A stretch of DNA of 64,000 nt from Alphaproteobacteria bacterium (GTDB taxonomy: Bacteria; Pseudomonadota; Alphaproteobacteria; SHVV01), in NCBI GenBank assembly GCA_965261735.1, contig OZ253470.1, positions 3,200,001 through 3,264,000 of the forward strand, read 5' to 3'. Shown here piece after piece: positions 10,727 to 20,276 of the stretch (position 1 is the first letter of the stretch; every line of letters starts with the position of its first letter). The notes under the pieces are model-generated. The model saw nothing but the letters and a program-made list of their open reading frames with translations. It was not told the DNA's origin and did not search any database. A program made the translations under genes and the position numbers.

Positions 10727-13354
10727 TTGGGAACTGTCGGTTTCAAGACCCTGATCTACGTCCCGGCTCTTTGCCTCCTCTTTGTCGCGGCGGGTTGTGG
10801 TGGCGGAGGGGGTGGTTCTTCGTCAAGCCAGCCACAAGCGACGCCCCAGTCACCGTCGCAGCCACCAGCACCGCCTCCGCAGCAGCAGCCACCGCCGCCG
10901 CCACCAGCACCGCCTCCGGAGCCGCCACCGCCGCCGCCACCAGCACCGCCTCCGCCGCAGCCACCACCAGCACCGCCTCCGCCTCCGCCACCACCAGCAC
11001 CGCCTCCGCCGCCGCCGCCACCAGCACCGCCTCCGCCGCCGCCGCCGCCGCCACCAGCACCGCTGCCAAACTGCATTCAAACCGTCGATTTCGGTTGCAT
11101 TTCGCCGCAGGAGTACCGGGACAAGCGCGACACGATCGAGCAGGATCACGTCGGCCAGGAGGACTTCAAGAACCAGTGGGGATTGACGGCGATCCGGGCG
11201 GACCGGGCCTATGCGCAACTCGAGCTGGAGCACGGTGCCGGCACGGGGCCCGGCAGCGGCCAGACCGTCGGTCTGATCGACACCGGAATCGACACCGGGC
11301 ACGATGTCTTCGCCGGCAAGACCGTGAGCGAGCACTTCTTTTCCGGCGCAACCGACGAGACCGGCGATCGGAATTCCCACGGCACGGCGGTCGCGAGTGT
11401 CATTGTTGGGCGGCCATCTGACGCATTCACCGCCTCGGTGACGGCGGGGCGCGGCGTCGCCCGGGGCGCCGATGTCGCGATGTTCGCCATCCGGGCCGGT
11501 TCAAGCAGCGGCGACTATGTTCCCATATCGCTTGCCGGTCTCAACGGCGGAGACAATCAATGGGCGTCCCGGCTGAATCATGTGATCAACTGGTCGAGCG
11601 GCGGCCGATCAATCGACTTCGTGAACATGAGCGTGGGCTACAATGGGATTATCGATCAATACAGTGCACAGGATTTGCGAGACAATTTCGGCGATACGAT
11701 TGCCGCACTCGCGCAGATGGGCGCGAGCGAAAAGACGGTCTTCGTCTGGGCCGCGGGCAACGCCCACGGAGATCCCTGCGACCCGGCCGACTTTCCGACC
11801 AACCCCGATATCTGCGTGGAAGTAAGCGGGAACAGGCAAGTCGACGCCAGGTCGGCCGATATCCTGGCGGGCTTGCCGGCACGCATCTCCGAGCTGCGCG
11901 GGCATTCGATCGCCGTCGTGGCCGTGGCCCCGGACAGTGACGACGACGGCGATTACGAGATCGCTTCCTTCTCCAACCGCTGCGGGATCGCCGCCGACTG
12001 GTGCCTTGCGGCTCCCGGCGTGCGGGTCCGGGCAGCGTATTTCGGGCCCGACCCCAACGACAGCAGCCCCGGCGCGCGGGGCGCCTACAACGCCAATGGA
12101 ACATCGTTCGCCGCACCCATGGTGACTGGCGGGCTCGTCGTGATGAAGCACTACTTCCGCGACCAGCTTTCCAACACGGCGCTGGTGGCGCGGCTGCTGG
12201 CGACGGCCAACAAACAAGGCATCTATGCCGACCGCGCGATCCTCGGCCAGGGCCTGATGGACCTGGGCGCCGCGACGACGCCGGTCGGCGTCACCAGCGT
12301 CGCGCTCGGCGATCGGGTAGACGGCCGCCCCGGCGACAATCTGGCCGGCACCCGCTTCGCACTCGGCGACCCGCTCGGCGACGGGCTGACGCAATCGCTC
12401 GCCGGGCTGGAGATTGTCGCCTTCGACTCCATGGGTGCGCCTTTCTGGTTCCATCTTGACGATTTCGCCGGCGCCGCGCCCGGCCCCCCGGCAGCCGCGC
12501 GGCTGCGCGCGAGGCTGCGGTCCCTCATGGCGCCGCTGCGGGCGTTCGGGGAGCCCGGCGTCCTGCAGCCCGGCTTCACTTCGCTTACGGCCAATAATCC
12601 GGCCGCCGGCCAGGCCTTGCTGAGCCTGGGAGTTTTCGAAGCGCCGTCGCTTGGCACCGACGGAGGCCATCTCTCGCTCGCCGGACAGGCCCTGGTTCTG
12701 GGCACGGGGGACCGGGACGGTTTGAGCATTGCCGCATTCTCCACCGAAGGGATAGGCGGGCGGGCGCCGGCAACGGGCGCCGCTTTGTCGTGGCGGCCAT
12801 CTAAGGCACCTGTCACTCTGCGGAGCGGCATGGTCGCCGAGCGCGAGACCATGCTCGGCAGCACCGCCGCCGGCGCCTTTGGCCGGATCTCGGCGAATTC
12901 CGCCTTCGCGGGCATTGAGGGCCACGCGCGGATCGGATCGTGGCGGCTCGGCGCCGGCGCCGAACTCGGCACAGTTAGATCGGCGGTGCGAGGCGGGATC
13001 CTCGCCGGAGTCTCTCCCCTGACCACCAGCGCATTCACCCTCCGAGCGGAGAAGAAGTCGGCGGACGAGGACAGTCTGCTGTTCTCTATCTCGCAGTCGC
13101 TCCGCGTGGAAGCCGGGCGCGCCAGGCTGTCGGTTCCGGTCGGGCGCACAAAGGACGGGCAGGTATTGCGCAGCTCCGTCAGCGCCGACCTGGAGCCCAC
13201 GGGCCGGCAGATCGACCTCACTGCGCAGTGGCGCCGGTCTCTGGGGGACGGAAGCGAGCTGCGTCTGGGCGGCGCCTGGACATCGCAACCCGGCCACGAC
13301 GCCTCCGCCGACCCCGGTTTCAGCCTCCTCGCCGGCTGGCGCCATAGCTTTTGA
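10727..13354 (+). CDS. Lipidated S8 subtilisin-like serine protease with Pro-rich linker and C-terminal beta-barrel (autotransporter-like)
   Basis: GGAGG RBS before TTG; lipobox VAAG-C then GGGGGGSSS; triad motifs IDTG, HGT, GTSFAAP; AAGN; C-terminal WRHSF outer-membrane signature. Confidence 0.88.
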   Translation: MGTVGFKTLIYVPALCLLFVAAGCGGGGGGSSSSQPQATPQSPSQPPAPPPQQQPPPPPPAPPPEPPPPPPPAPPPPQPPPAPPPPPPPPAPPPPPPPPAPPPPPPPPPPAPLPNCIQTVDFGCISPQEYRDKRDTIEQDHVGQEDFKNQWGLTAIRADRAYAQLELEHGAGTGPGSGQTVGLIDTGIDTGHDVFAGKTVSEHFFSGATDETGDRNSHGTAVASVIVGRPSDAFTASVTAGRGVARGADVAMFAIRAGSSSGDYVPISLAGLNGGDNQWASRLNHVINWSSGGRSIDFVNMSVGYNGIIDQYSAQDLRDNFGDTIAALAQMGASEKTVFVWAAGNAHGDPCDPADFPTNPDICVEVSGNRQVDARSADILAGLPARISELRGHSIAVVAVAPDSDDDGDYEIASFSNRCGIAADWCLAAPGVRVRAAYFGPDPNDSSPGARGAYNANGTSFAAPMVTGGLVVMKHYFRDQLSNTALVARLLATANKQGIYADRAILGQGLMDLGAATTPVGVTSVALGDRVDGRPGDNLAGTRFALGDPLGDGLTQSLAGLEIVAFDSMGAPFWFHLDDFAGAAPGPPAAARLRARLRSLMAPLRAFGEPGVLQPGFTSLTANNPAAGQALLSLGVFEAPSLGTDGGHLSLAGQALVLGTGDRDGLSIAAFSTEGIGGRAPATGAALSWRPSKAPVTLRSGMVAERETMLGSTAAGAFGRISANSAFAGIEGHARIGSWRLGAGAELGTVRSAVRGGILAGVSPLTTSAFTLRAEKKSADEDSLLFSISQSLRVEAGRARLSVPVGRTKDGQVLRSSVSADLEPTGRQIDLTAQWRRSLGDGSELRLGGAWTSQPGHDASADPGFSLLAGWRHSF
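10850..11068 (+). repeat. Proline-rich tandem repeat (ccaccagcaccgcctccg-based, 27-33 bp units)
   Basis: Visible tandem units encoding PPAPPPPPPP. Confidence 0.9.
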
Positions 13355-13414
13355 GACAGGACGGTTGCGTCCGGCCTCGACCGCCCCGACCGGGCATCGC
13401 GGCAGCGTCGGGAC

Positions 13415-13700
13415 GGGGCGCGCCAACCTTTCGATCGCGACCGACGAAAGTTATCTCGATAAAAACTCGGGCGACAAGGTGGACCGCACCGAGTGGCACC
13501 GCATCGTCACCTTCCAGGGCGGCCTGGTGGAGATGATGGAGAAGCACGCGAAGAAGGGCCGCCTGGTCTACGTCTCGGGCAAGCTGCAGACCCGCAAGTG
13601 GCGCAAGGACGGCGAGGACAGCGACCGGTTCTCGACCGAGATCCTGCTGGTCCCCGGCGGCAGGGTGCAATTTCTCGATAAGCCGAACAGCAACGGCGCG
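13415..13700 (+). pseudogene. ssb: Single-stranded DNA-binding protein fragment (ICE/plasmid type)
   Basis: ANLSIATDE...RTEWHRIV...KGRLVYVSGKLQTRKW...STEI; N-terminus and acidic tail missing. Confidence 0.85.
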
Positions 13701-14283
13701 TCGGCCTGGACATGCGCTGTGGTCTGGTTGCCAACGACGTCGACGTCGCCGTCCAAGTGTTGCCGGTTTGTCGGTTCTCGACCAGCCGACCGGTAGAGAA
13801 GCGCCACCTCCCTGCTTCGCTTGCGTTGCCAGGAAACCGACACGGATATTGGATCACGACATTATGTCGCCGCATGCCCATAATGTCGCCGCACGCCCAT
13901 AACCTGTTGACATCCTTTTTGAAGTTGGCGCTTGCATTCGCTGGGAGGCCTGTGTTTGAGTGTGGCCCACCTGAGCCTTCGGGAACAGGGATATAAGAGG
14001 AATGAGAAATTCGTCGGGCTGGGAGCGCCAAGCTTGGTAGCTCCGCGTCTGGGTCCGAAGCTGGATCACAGTGGGACCACTCGGAAGGATCACTCAGAAT
14101 CCGAGTTTGCTTTATCGGTGAAGTGGCCCACGCGGCAACATCATTTTCCTGTATCGACACAGTGGAGATCGTTCGATAAGCTAGTGGACGTACGGTTGAC
14201 GCTGTACTAAGTTTGACATCATATTGAAGTGTAATGAGGGCCTCGTCTCGGGGCCACTTCTGCGCAAAAGGAGAGCCTCGAAG

Positions 14284-16143
14284 ATGGTTACACAGAAAAA
14301 CTTGATCACGCTGTGCTTCGCGACCGTGTTCGCGCTCGGACTCGCGGCGTGCAGCAGCAGCGACGACGGCAGCACGGCCGACGCGCCGACAGGGACCACC
14401 CCGACAGGGACCACCCCGACCACCCCGCCCGCGGCCTCGCCCGTGGAAGTCATGATGGCCCTGACATTGGGGGCGGCGGAGCAAATGGCGCTCCGGGCGG
14501 TGCTGGGAAAGACCGGCGATTCGGACATGTTGCAGATCGCGGCGGGCGAGTCCGAGACCCGGGCGGGTGTGCCGTTCTCCTGCGAGAGCGCCTATCCCTG
14601 CACGGTCACCCTCACCAACAATCTCGGCGTGATCCTGGCCTCGGTGATGACCTACAAGCTGCCGGACGCCGACGACCCGATGGTCACGGCGATGATCCCC
14701 CTGCCGATGGACCCGCTCCACCCGCGCTATACGCTGAATGCGTCGAATGCGGCGAGTGTCCAAGCCATCATCGACGTGGCGTTTGAGGCAGAGGTCACTT
14801 CCGGCACGCCGCCCACACCCGAAGGTGCCCGCGACAATGCGAGCACCACGATAGGCGGTCTGGATATTGCCGGCTTCGGCGTCCACGACATGAGCAAGAC
14901 GACGCTGACCAGCTCTTTTGACCCGAATGTGGCGGACCATATGCCTGTGGACGGCGAAACTGCGGCAATGGGCGGCTCCACGCTGGCGGTTTCGGACAAC
15001 CCGAAAACCGAAACAATCGACGAAAGCACCGTTGTCACGCTGCACGCGGACAAGACCGCCCTGCCGGGTTGGGCTCACAGCAAGGTGCTCTTCGCCGACT
15101 GGGGTGACAGCCAGACGCCGGACAGAGACGGCGGCTACGAGACGGCAGCGCTGCTCTACTCGAGCCATGAAGGGCCTACGCCCCAACCGCTCGACGACAA
15201 GCTGGCGGCCAAGCTCGCCAACCGCGGGGCGTGGTTCATGTTCACCGCCATGCAAGACTTCGATATGGACGGTACTGCGAACCAGAACGTGATCGCGGTG
15301 GCGGCGTCGGGCGACACTGTTGCTGATCAACGGAAGGGCATGATGGTGACTGTCGAGGCACCGCAGCTCTCGACGCTGGCTACCACGCTACAGGGTATGA
15401 GTCGGCACAAAGGGACCTATTTCGGCGCGCCGGTTACCCTCAAGTGCGGCGGCATGGATTGCACCGTAGCCAGGGCAGAAACCCAGGACACGGCGTTCAC
15501 GGTCACCGGTGGCGCATGGCAGATCCTGCCCGACGCCGGAGCGATGATCATGGTTCCCGATCAGGACTACATGGTCTTCGGCGCATGGCTGACCGTGCCG
15601 GATGACATGTCTGGCGAGCACCGGATCGGCGTGTTCCATGACGGCATGCAGAACTACGGGGACGTCGACGAGGCGCTGACGGGCAAGGCCAAGTACGAGG
15701 GCGGCGCGGCTGGCGTCTATCGTGACCGGACTGCCTCCGGGATGTTCACGGCCCGCGCCGTGCTGGAAGCCAATTTTGGCACCGACATGCTGTCGGGCCG
15801 GATCGACAACTTCGCGAACAGCGCCGGCGTCTACTTGGGTACAGACACAGCCCGCTCCCCCAACGATCCGGCAACGGGCGGGGAGAACGATTGGGTCGTG
15901 ACCCTGATGAGCAGCGCAATCGGCACCGGCGGAGTAGTTGCCGATAACACCATGGTCTCCGGCTCTGCCGATGGCGTGGAATGGGCCAGCGGCCAGTGGG
16001 AGGCCACGTTCTACGGGCCGCCCCTCGACGCGGGAGCCCCGACGGAGCCCAGCGGCGTGGCCGGACAGTTCCGGGCGACGTCCGCAATGCGCGGCGTCGT
16101 AGGTGCGTTCGGCGCGCAATATCAGGCGCCCGCGGCCAACTGA
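14284..16143 (+). CDS. Surface lipoprotein 1, TbpB-like C-terminal barrel (putative Slam/T11SS substrate)
   Basis: Lipobox LGLAA-C; GKAKYEGGAAG, FTARAVLEANFG, WEATFYGP..PSGVAGQF..GAFGA. Confidence 0.85.
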   Translation: MVTQKNLITLCFATVFALGLAACSSSDDGSTADAPTGTTPTGTTPTTPPAASPVEVMMALTLGAAEQMALRAVLGKTGDSDMLQIAAGESETRAGVPFSCESAYPCTVTLTNNLGVILASVMTYKLPDADDPMVTAMIPLPMDPLHPRYTLNASNAASVQAIIDVAFEAEVTSGTPPTPEGARDNASTTIGGLDIAGFGVHDMSKTTLTSSFDPNVADHMPVDGETAAMGGSTLAVSDNPKTETIDESTVVTLHADKTALPGWAHSKVLFADWGDSQTPDRDGGYETAALLYSSHEGPTPQPLDDKLAAKLANRGAWFMFTAMQDFDMDGTANQNVIAVAASGDTVADQRKGMMVTVEAPQLSTLATTLQGMSRHKGTYFGAPVTLKCGGMDCTVARAETQDTAFTVTGGAWQILPDAGAMIMVPDQDYMVFGAWLTVPDDMSGEHRIGVFHDGMQNYGDVDEALTGKAKYEGGAAGVYRDRTASGMFTARAVLEANFGTDMLSGRIDNFANSAGVYLGTDTARSPNDPATGGENDWVVTLMSSAIGTGGVVADNTMVSGSADGVEWASGQWEATFYGPPLDAGAPTEPSGVAGQFRATSAMRGVVGAFGAQYQAPAAN

Positions 16144-16168
16144 CCCGGTAACGTGGGTCCAACGATCT

Positions 16169-16197
16169 GGGGCGGCCCTCGGGCCGCCCCTATTTTT
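16169..16197 (+). terminator. Intrinsic terminator after lipoprotein 1
   Basis: ggggcggccc-tc-gggccgcccc followed by tattttt. Confidence 0.7.
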
Positions 16198-16221
16198 CCC
16201 GACCCGGTTCCAGGCCGTCCA

Positions 16222-16380
16222 ATGAAGTCCTTTCCGCATCGGCGCCTGTTTCGCAAGGGCACGATGGCGGTCGACTCCGCAATGCGGACTCCCGACGAGG
16301 ACGAGCGCGAGGCGAAGCTCGACGAAGCCATAGCCGCCTTCCACGCCATCCTGATCCAGCGCCCCGAGCCACGCGCCGGC
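16222..16380 (+). pseudogene. Slam N-terminal remnant
   Basis: LFRKGTMAV..DEDEREAKLDEAIAAFHAILIQRP aligns with LFKDGMVAV..DEARRDALLDKAIAVFHKMLVAQP of the Slam at 18126. Confidence 0.75.
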
Positions 16381-16430
16381 GCACCCGGCGCGAAGATCGA
16401 ATACGCATCTGGCGAGAATGGAGGAATACG

Positions 16431-18041
16431 ATGAAGAGCAAACTGATAATGGCGGCGGTGATCGTCGGATCGTTCGCGCTCGCCGGCTGCAGCGGCGGCG
16501 GCGGCAACGACACGGCGGAGATGATGTCGACCGATCCGGCGCCGCCGACCGAAGAAGAGGAGCGGATCGCCGAGCTCGAAGAGGACCTCGAAGACGCCCA
16601 GGAAGAGGCCGACGAAGCAAACCGGCTGCGCCAGGCGGCCGAGGCGGATGCCCGGCAAGCGGAGGCGGATCGCCAGCGGCTCGAGGGCGAGGCCGAGGCG
16701 CGCCGGAGGGCGGATGCCGCGGCCGACACCCGGAGGGTGATCGTGGGGCTGAACGCCGGCAACGATGGCGAACTTACCCTGGTCGTCGATCTCCCTAACC
16801 TCAAACATGGCGCGCCGGCGCCCGTAACCGCGCCGACCGGGCCATTCACGACGACGACGAGCAGATCGGGACAATGGTCGAAGACGGCGCACACCGCCAG
16901 CACCGGTGATATGCGTGACATGGTGGAAGTCTACTCCGATGTGGAAGCGCCGACGTCCGTTCCGTTCAAGGACAGTATCTACAATGACGACAATGCCGTT
17001 GTGAATGCGGAGGGCATGGTGCTTCCAGGCGGATTCGAATTGGAAACCGCAAACCGAGATGACGTTGCGTCGGGCTCGTTTGATCGCACGAGCGCGCTAG
17101 CCAAGTCTTTCGATATGATGGATCGTGGGGAACACACGACTGCGCAGCAAAGGACCGAAGCGATCAATTTAGCGCAGACCGCTTTGGATAACGATCCAAC
17201 TAACGCTGACAGAAGAGAAGAGCTTGAGACTGCCAGGGCATCGAGGGTCCGCGACACGGATCGCCATCCTTACCGCTGGACCGCCGAAGCGGGGGGCCGC
17301 CTGGGCGGTGCGTCAGGCACATTCCGGTGCGGCACTATGAATTCTGTGGCGGACACCTCGTGCACCGTACAGAACACCGGCGGCGGCTTTCTCTTTGTCG
17401 GGCCGTGGCGTTTCGTTCCGTCAAGCGGCACAGTTGGCGTCAGGGTTGAAGATTCCGAGCACATGTGGTTCGGGTGGTGGGCTCGGCAGACTGTGGAGCA
17501 TGAAGATCCGGCCCATCCAACCGACGACTGGGCGTTCGAGATGGGCCATGGCGGGAATGCTGCGACGACCTTTATCGGGGCCACCGGCACGGCGACCTAT
17601 CAAGGCCAGGCTGCCGGGCGGTACGCGGTCTTCGAGCCAGCCACGGGAGAGTCCAGCCATGGCAGCTTCACCGCCTCCGCGCGCCTGGAGGCCAACTTCG
17701 GCACCGCCACGGATTGGGGTACTGTCTCCGGGACGATCACGGGGTTCAGCAACGATCCGGACTGGTCACTGGCCCTGAAGCAGGCGGACATCGACCCCTC
17801 TGGCGGGACCGTCGGGCTGGGTTCCACAGCTGACGCGGATGGCGTCACCTGGTCGATCGACGGCGTTCCCGACGATAGCGGACAGTGGGAGGCGGGCTTC
17901 TACTCGAATCTGCCAACAGGTACGACCGGGCTCGCACAGGTTCAGCCGCACGGGATCGCCGGCACGTTCGAGGCCCAGTATGACGGTTCCGGGGTAGGCC
18001 CGACGGCCGCGATGATCGGAGCCTTCGGGGCGCACAGGTAG
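16431..18041 (+). CDS. Surface lipoprotein 2, coiled-coil plus TbpB-like barrel
   Basis: GGAGG RBS; lipobox ALAG-C; E/A/R-rich coil; GTATYQGQAAG, FTASARLEANFG, WEAGFY..GIAGTF..GAFGAHR. Confidence 0.87.
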   Translation: MKSKLIMAAVIVGSFALAGCSGGGGNDTAEMMSTDPAPPTEEEERIAELEEDLEDAQEEADEANRLRQAAEADARQAEADRQRLEGEAEARRRADAAADTRRVIVGLNAGNDGELTLVVDLPNLKHGAPAPVTAPTGPFTTTTSRSGQWSKTAHTASTGDMRDMVEVYSDVEAPTSVPFKDSIYNDDNAVVNAEGMVLPGGFELETANRDDVASGSFDRTSALAKSFDMMDRGEHTTAQQRTEAINLAQTALDNDPTNADRREELETARASRVRDTDRHPYRWTAEAGGRLGGASGTFRCGTMNSVADTSCTVQNTGGGFLFVGPWRFVPSSGTVGVRVEDSEHMWFGWWARQTVEHEDPAHPTDDWAFEMGHGGNAATTFIGATGTATYQGQAAGRYAVFEPATGESSHGSFTASARLEANFGTATDWGTVSGTITGFSNDPDWSLALKQADIDPSGGTVGLGSTADADGVTWSIDGVPDDSGQWEAGFYSNLPTGTTGLAQVQPHGIAGTFEAQYDGSGVGPTAAMIGAFGAHR

Positions 18042-18070
18042 TAGCTCATAGCAGCGAGCCGAGTATCACC

Positions 18071-18107
18071 GGGGCGGCGGCGAGAGCCGCTGCCCCTTCT
18101 CTTTCTT
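18071..18107 (+). terminator. Intrinsic terminator between lipoprotein 2 and Slam
   Basis: ggggcggcggc-gaga-gccgctgcccc followed by ttctctttctt. Confidence 0.7.
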
Positions 18108-18125
18108 CGCCGAAACGCATTCCGC

Positions 18126-19442
18126 ATGAACAAAATCCACGCTGCACCGGTCGTGGGCAAAATTCGTCCACTTGCCCCGGGACTGTTCCTTGCCCTGATC
18201 CTTCTGTTCGCCCCTCCGGCCGCCGCACAGGACATGCGCGCGCTGTTCAAGGACGGCATGGTCGCCGTCGAGCAGGCGACCCGGCAGTCCGACGAAGCCC
18301 GCCGCGACGCGCTGCTCGACAAGGCGATCGCCGTCTTCCACAAGATGCTGGTGGCGCAACCCGGGCTGGTCCGCGTCCGCCTCGAGCTCGCCCGCGCGTT
18401 CTTCCTCAAGGGCGAGGACAAGCTGGCGACGCGGCATTTCGAGCAGGTGCTGGCCGGCAATCCGCCCGCCGGGGTGGCGCTCAACGTCAACCGGTTCCTC
18501 AACCTGATGCGCGCGCGCAAGCGCTGGAGCCTGAACCTCGGCATGGCGCTCGCCCCCGACACCAATATCGGCGCCGGCTCGGACGAACGGATCATCTATA
18601 TCGACGTCGGGGGCCAGCTATTGCCCTTCCGCCGCGACGCCGACGAGCTCACCACCTCCGGCATCGGCGTCTCCGCCTGGCTGGGCGGGGAGTACCAGTA
18701 CCCGCTGGGCGAACTCGGAGCGGGGTCCGGGGCAAGCCCCTGGCGGTTGCGCGCCGGCGGCAATCTGTCGCGCAGGGAATACCGGGAGAGCCAGTTCGAC
18801 CAGATGACGCTGACCGGCCATGTCGGGCCGCGCTGGCTGATCGGCCGGACCAGCGAGGCGAGCCTGCTGCTGAGCGGGCTGCATCACTGGACCGGATCGG
18901 GGATCGAGCAGCCCTCGCATCACGATATCGGCTTCCGCGTCGAGGGACGCCACCGGATGGGCCCGCGGACGACGCTGAACGCGCGGCTGTCGTGGCACCG
19001 CCGGAAATACGTCGAGCAGGAGGGTCGCGACGGGCCGATCGCCGATATCTCGGTGGGCGCGGGCTGGCTGGCGTCGCAGACGCTGCGCATCGACGCGAGC
19101 CTCGGCTGGGGGCGCGAGCGGACCGAGACGGAGCGCTGGCGCAACTCACGCCGCTCGGTGCGGCTCGGCGCGACGGCGGTGCTGCCCTGGGGCTTCACCG
19201 TCGGCGGCTCGGGCGCGCTGCGCTGGACCGCGTATGAGGGCAACTGGGCCCCCTTCGTGCCGGACGGCGGGGAGCGCAGCGACCTGACCCGCACCATCCG
19301 CCTGTTCGCGCATAACCGGGCGCTGACCCTCGAAGGGTTCAGCCCGCAGATCTCGGTGACCCAGGAACAGCGCACCACCAACGCCCAGCTCCACGACTAC
19401 GAGCGCATCTCCGGCGAGCTCCGCTTCGTCCGCCTGTTCTGA
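18126..19442 (+). CDS. Surface lipoprotein assembly modifier (Slam/DUF560; type XI secretion translocon)
   Basis: Signal peptide; TPR motif VRVRLELARAFF; barrel starting WSL..LAPDTNI; terminal GELRFVRLF; downstream of a TbpB-like gene. Confidence 0.88.
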   Translation: MNKIHAAPVVGKIRPLAPGLFLALILLFAPPAAAQDMRALFKDGMVAVEQATRQSDEARRDALLDKAIAVFHKMLVAQPGLVRVRLELARAFFLKGEDKLATRHFEQVLAGNPPAGVALNVNRFLNLMRARKRWSLNLGMALAPDTNIGAGSDERIIYIDVGGQLLPFRRDADELTTSGIGVSAWLGGEYQYPLGELGAGSGASPWRLRAGGNLSRREYRESQFDQMTLTGHVGPRWLIGRTSEASLLLSGLHHWTGSGIEQPSHHDIGFRVEGRHRMGPRTTLNARLSWHRRKYVEQEGRDGPIADISVGAGWLASQTLRIDASLGWGRERTETERWRNSRRSVRLGATAVLPWGFTVGGSGALRWTAYEGNWAPFVPDGGERSDLTRTIRLFAHNRALTLEGFSPQISVTQEQRTTNAQLHDYERISGELRFVRLF

Positions 19443-19548
19443 GGGGGGGGTCCGACGATGCGCCCCGGATCGAGTCCGGGGCTACTCGGGATAAGGGGGG
19501 CGGGCGTTCCTCGGGGCAGGCTCCGCGGCGCATTGAAGGGCTTGCGGC

Positions 19549-20031
19549 GTGCCGGGTCCCCAACTCGAAGGCATACGCATTCTGGGCAAGGGCCGGCGCG
19601 ATCGCGAACTGCCGCTGTGGAAGGAAACGAAGGCTGTTCTCAATGAGTGGCTCGACGTCCGGCCGCCGGTCAACAACCGCTACCTCTTCCTCAACGCACG
19701 GGGACGGGTGATGAGCCCGGACGGCTTCGCGTACATCCTCAGCCAGCATGTCGCCAGGGCTATGCTGGCGGTTCCATCGCTCAAGACCAAGCGGGTAACC
19801 CCGCATGTAATCCGTCACTCGACCGCAATGACGATCCTGCATGCCACCGGGGACGTCCGGAAGGTCTCGATCTGGCTCGGCCACGCAGACCTCAAGACCA
19901 CCGAAGTGTACCTCCATGCCAGCCCGGCCGAGAAACTGGAAATCCTTGCGGTCAACGCGCCGCCATCGATCCGGCCCGGGGCCTTCCCTGGTGCAAAGGA
20001 CAGTCTGATGAGCATCCTCGGCGGCAAGTGA
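19549..20031 (+). pseudogene. RIT-type XerD-like recombinase C-terminal fragment (RitC-like)
   Basis: GKGRRDR..TPHVIRHSTA..WLGHADLKTTEVY, followed by a TAATGCCG palindromic end. Confidence 0.8.
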
Positions 20032-20040
20032 CGACACAGG

Positions 20041-20126
20041 ATTAATGCCGAGTGAATCTGTCGAAAATCCGCGTAGATCCGCAGATTCCTGGAGGTCACT
20101 CGGCATTAAACACTTCTCGGCATTAC
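20041..20126. repeat. RIT-like terminal palindrome (copy at 47227-47310)
   Basis: ttaatgccgagtga...tcactcggcattaa-acacttctcggcatta. Confidence 0.7.
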
Positions 20127-20276
20127 CGTAAAGGATGCCGGCCGACTTGGCCTTCGCGCATCTTGCGCGCTCTGCCTTGCGCCGCTTTTCGCCGCAGTGC
20201 CGGCACAAGGTGCGGTCGGGCGCGGGCCTCGCCTTCCCGCACCTCGGACAAAGCCCGCTGGTAATGCGGTCGGCGG

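Noticed and set aside
11609-16620. Long antisense ORFs (605, 607 and 410 aa)
   Set aside because: High-GC shadows of well-supported + strand genes
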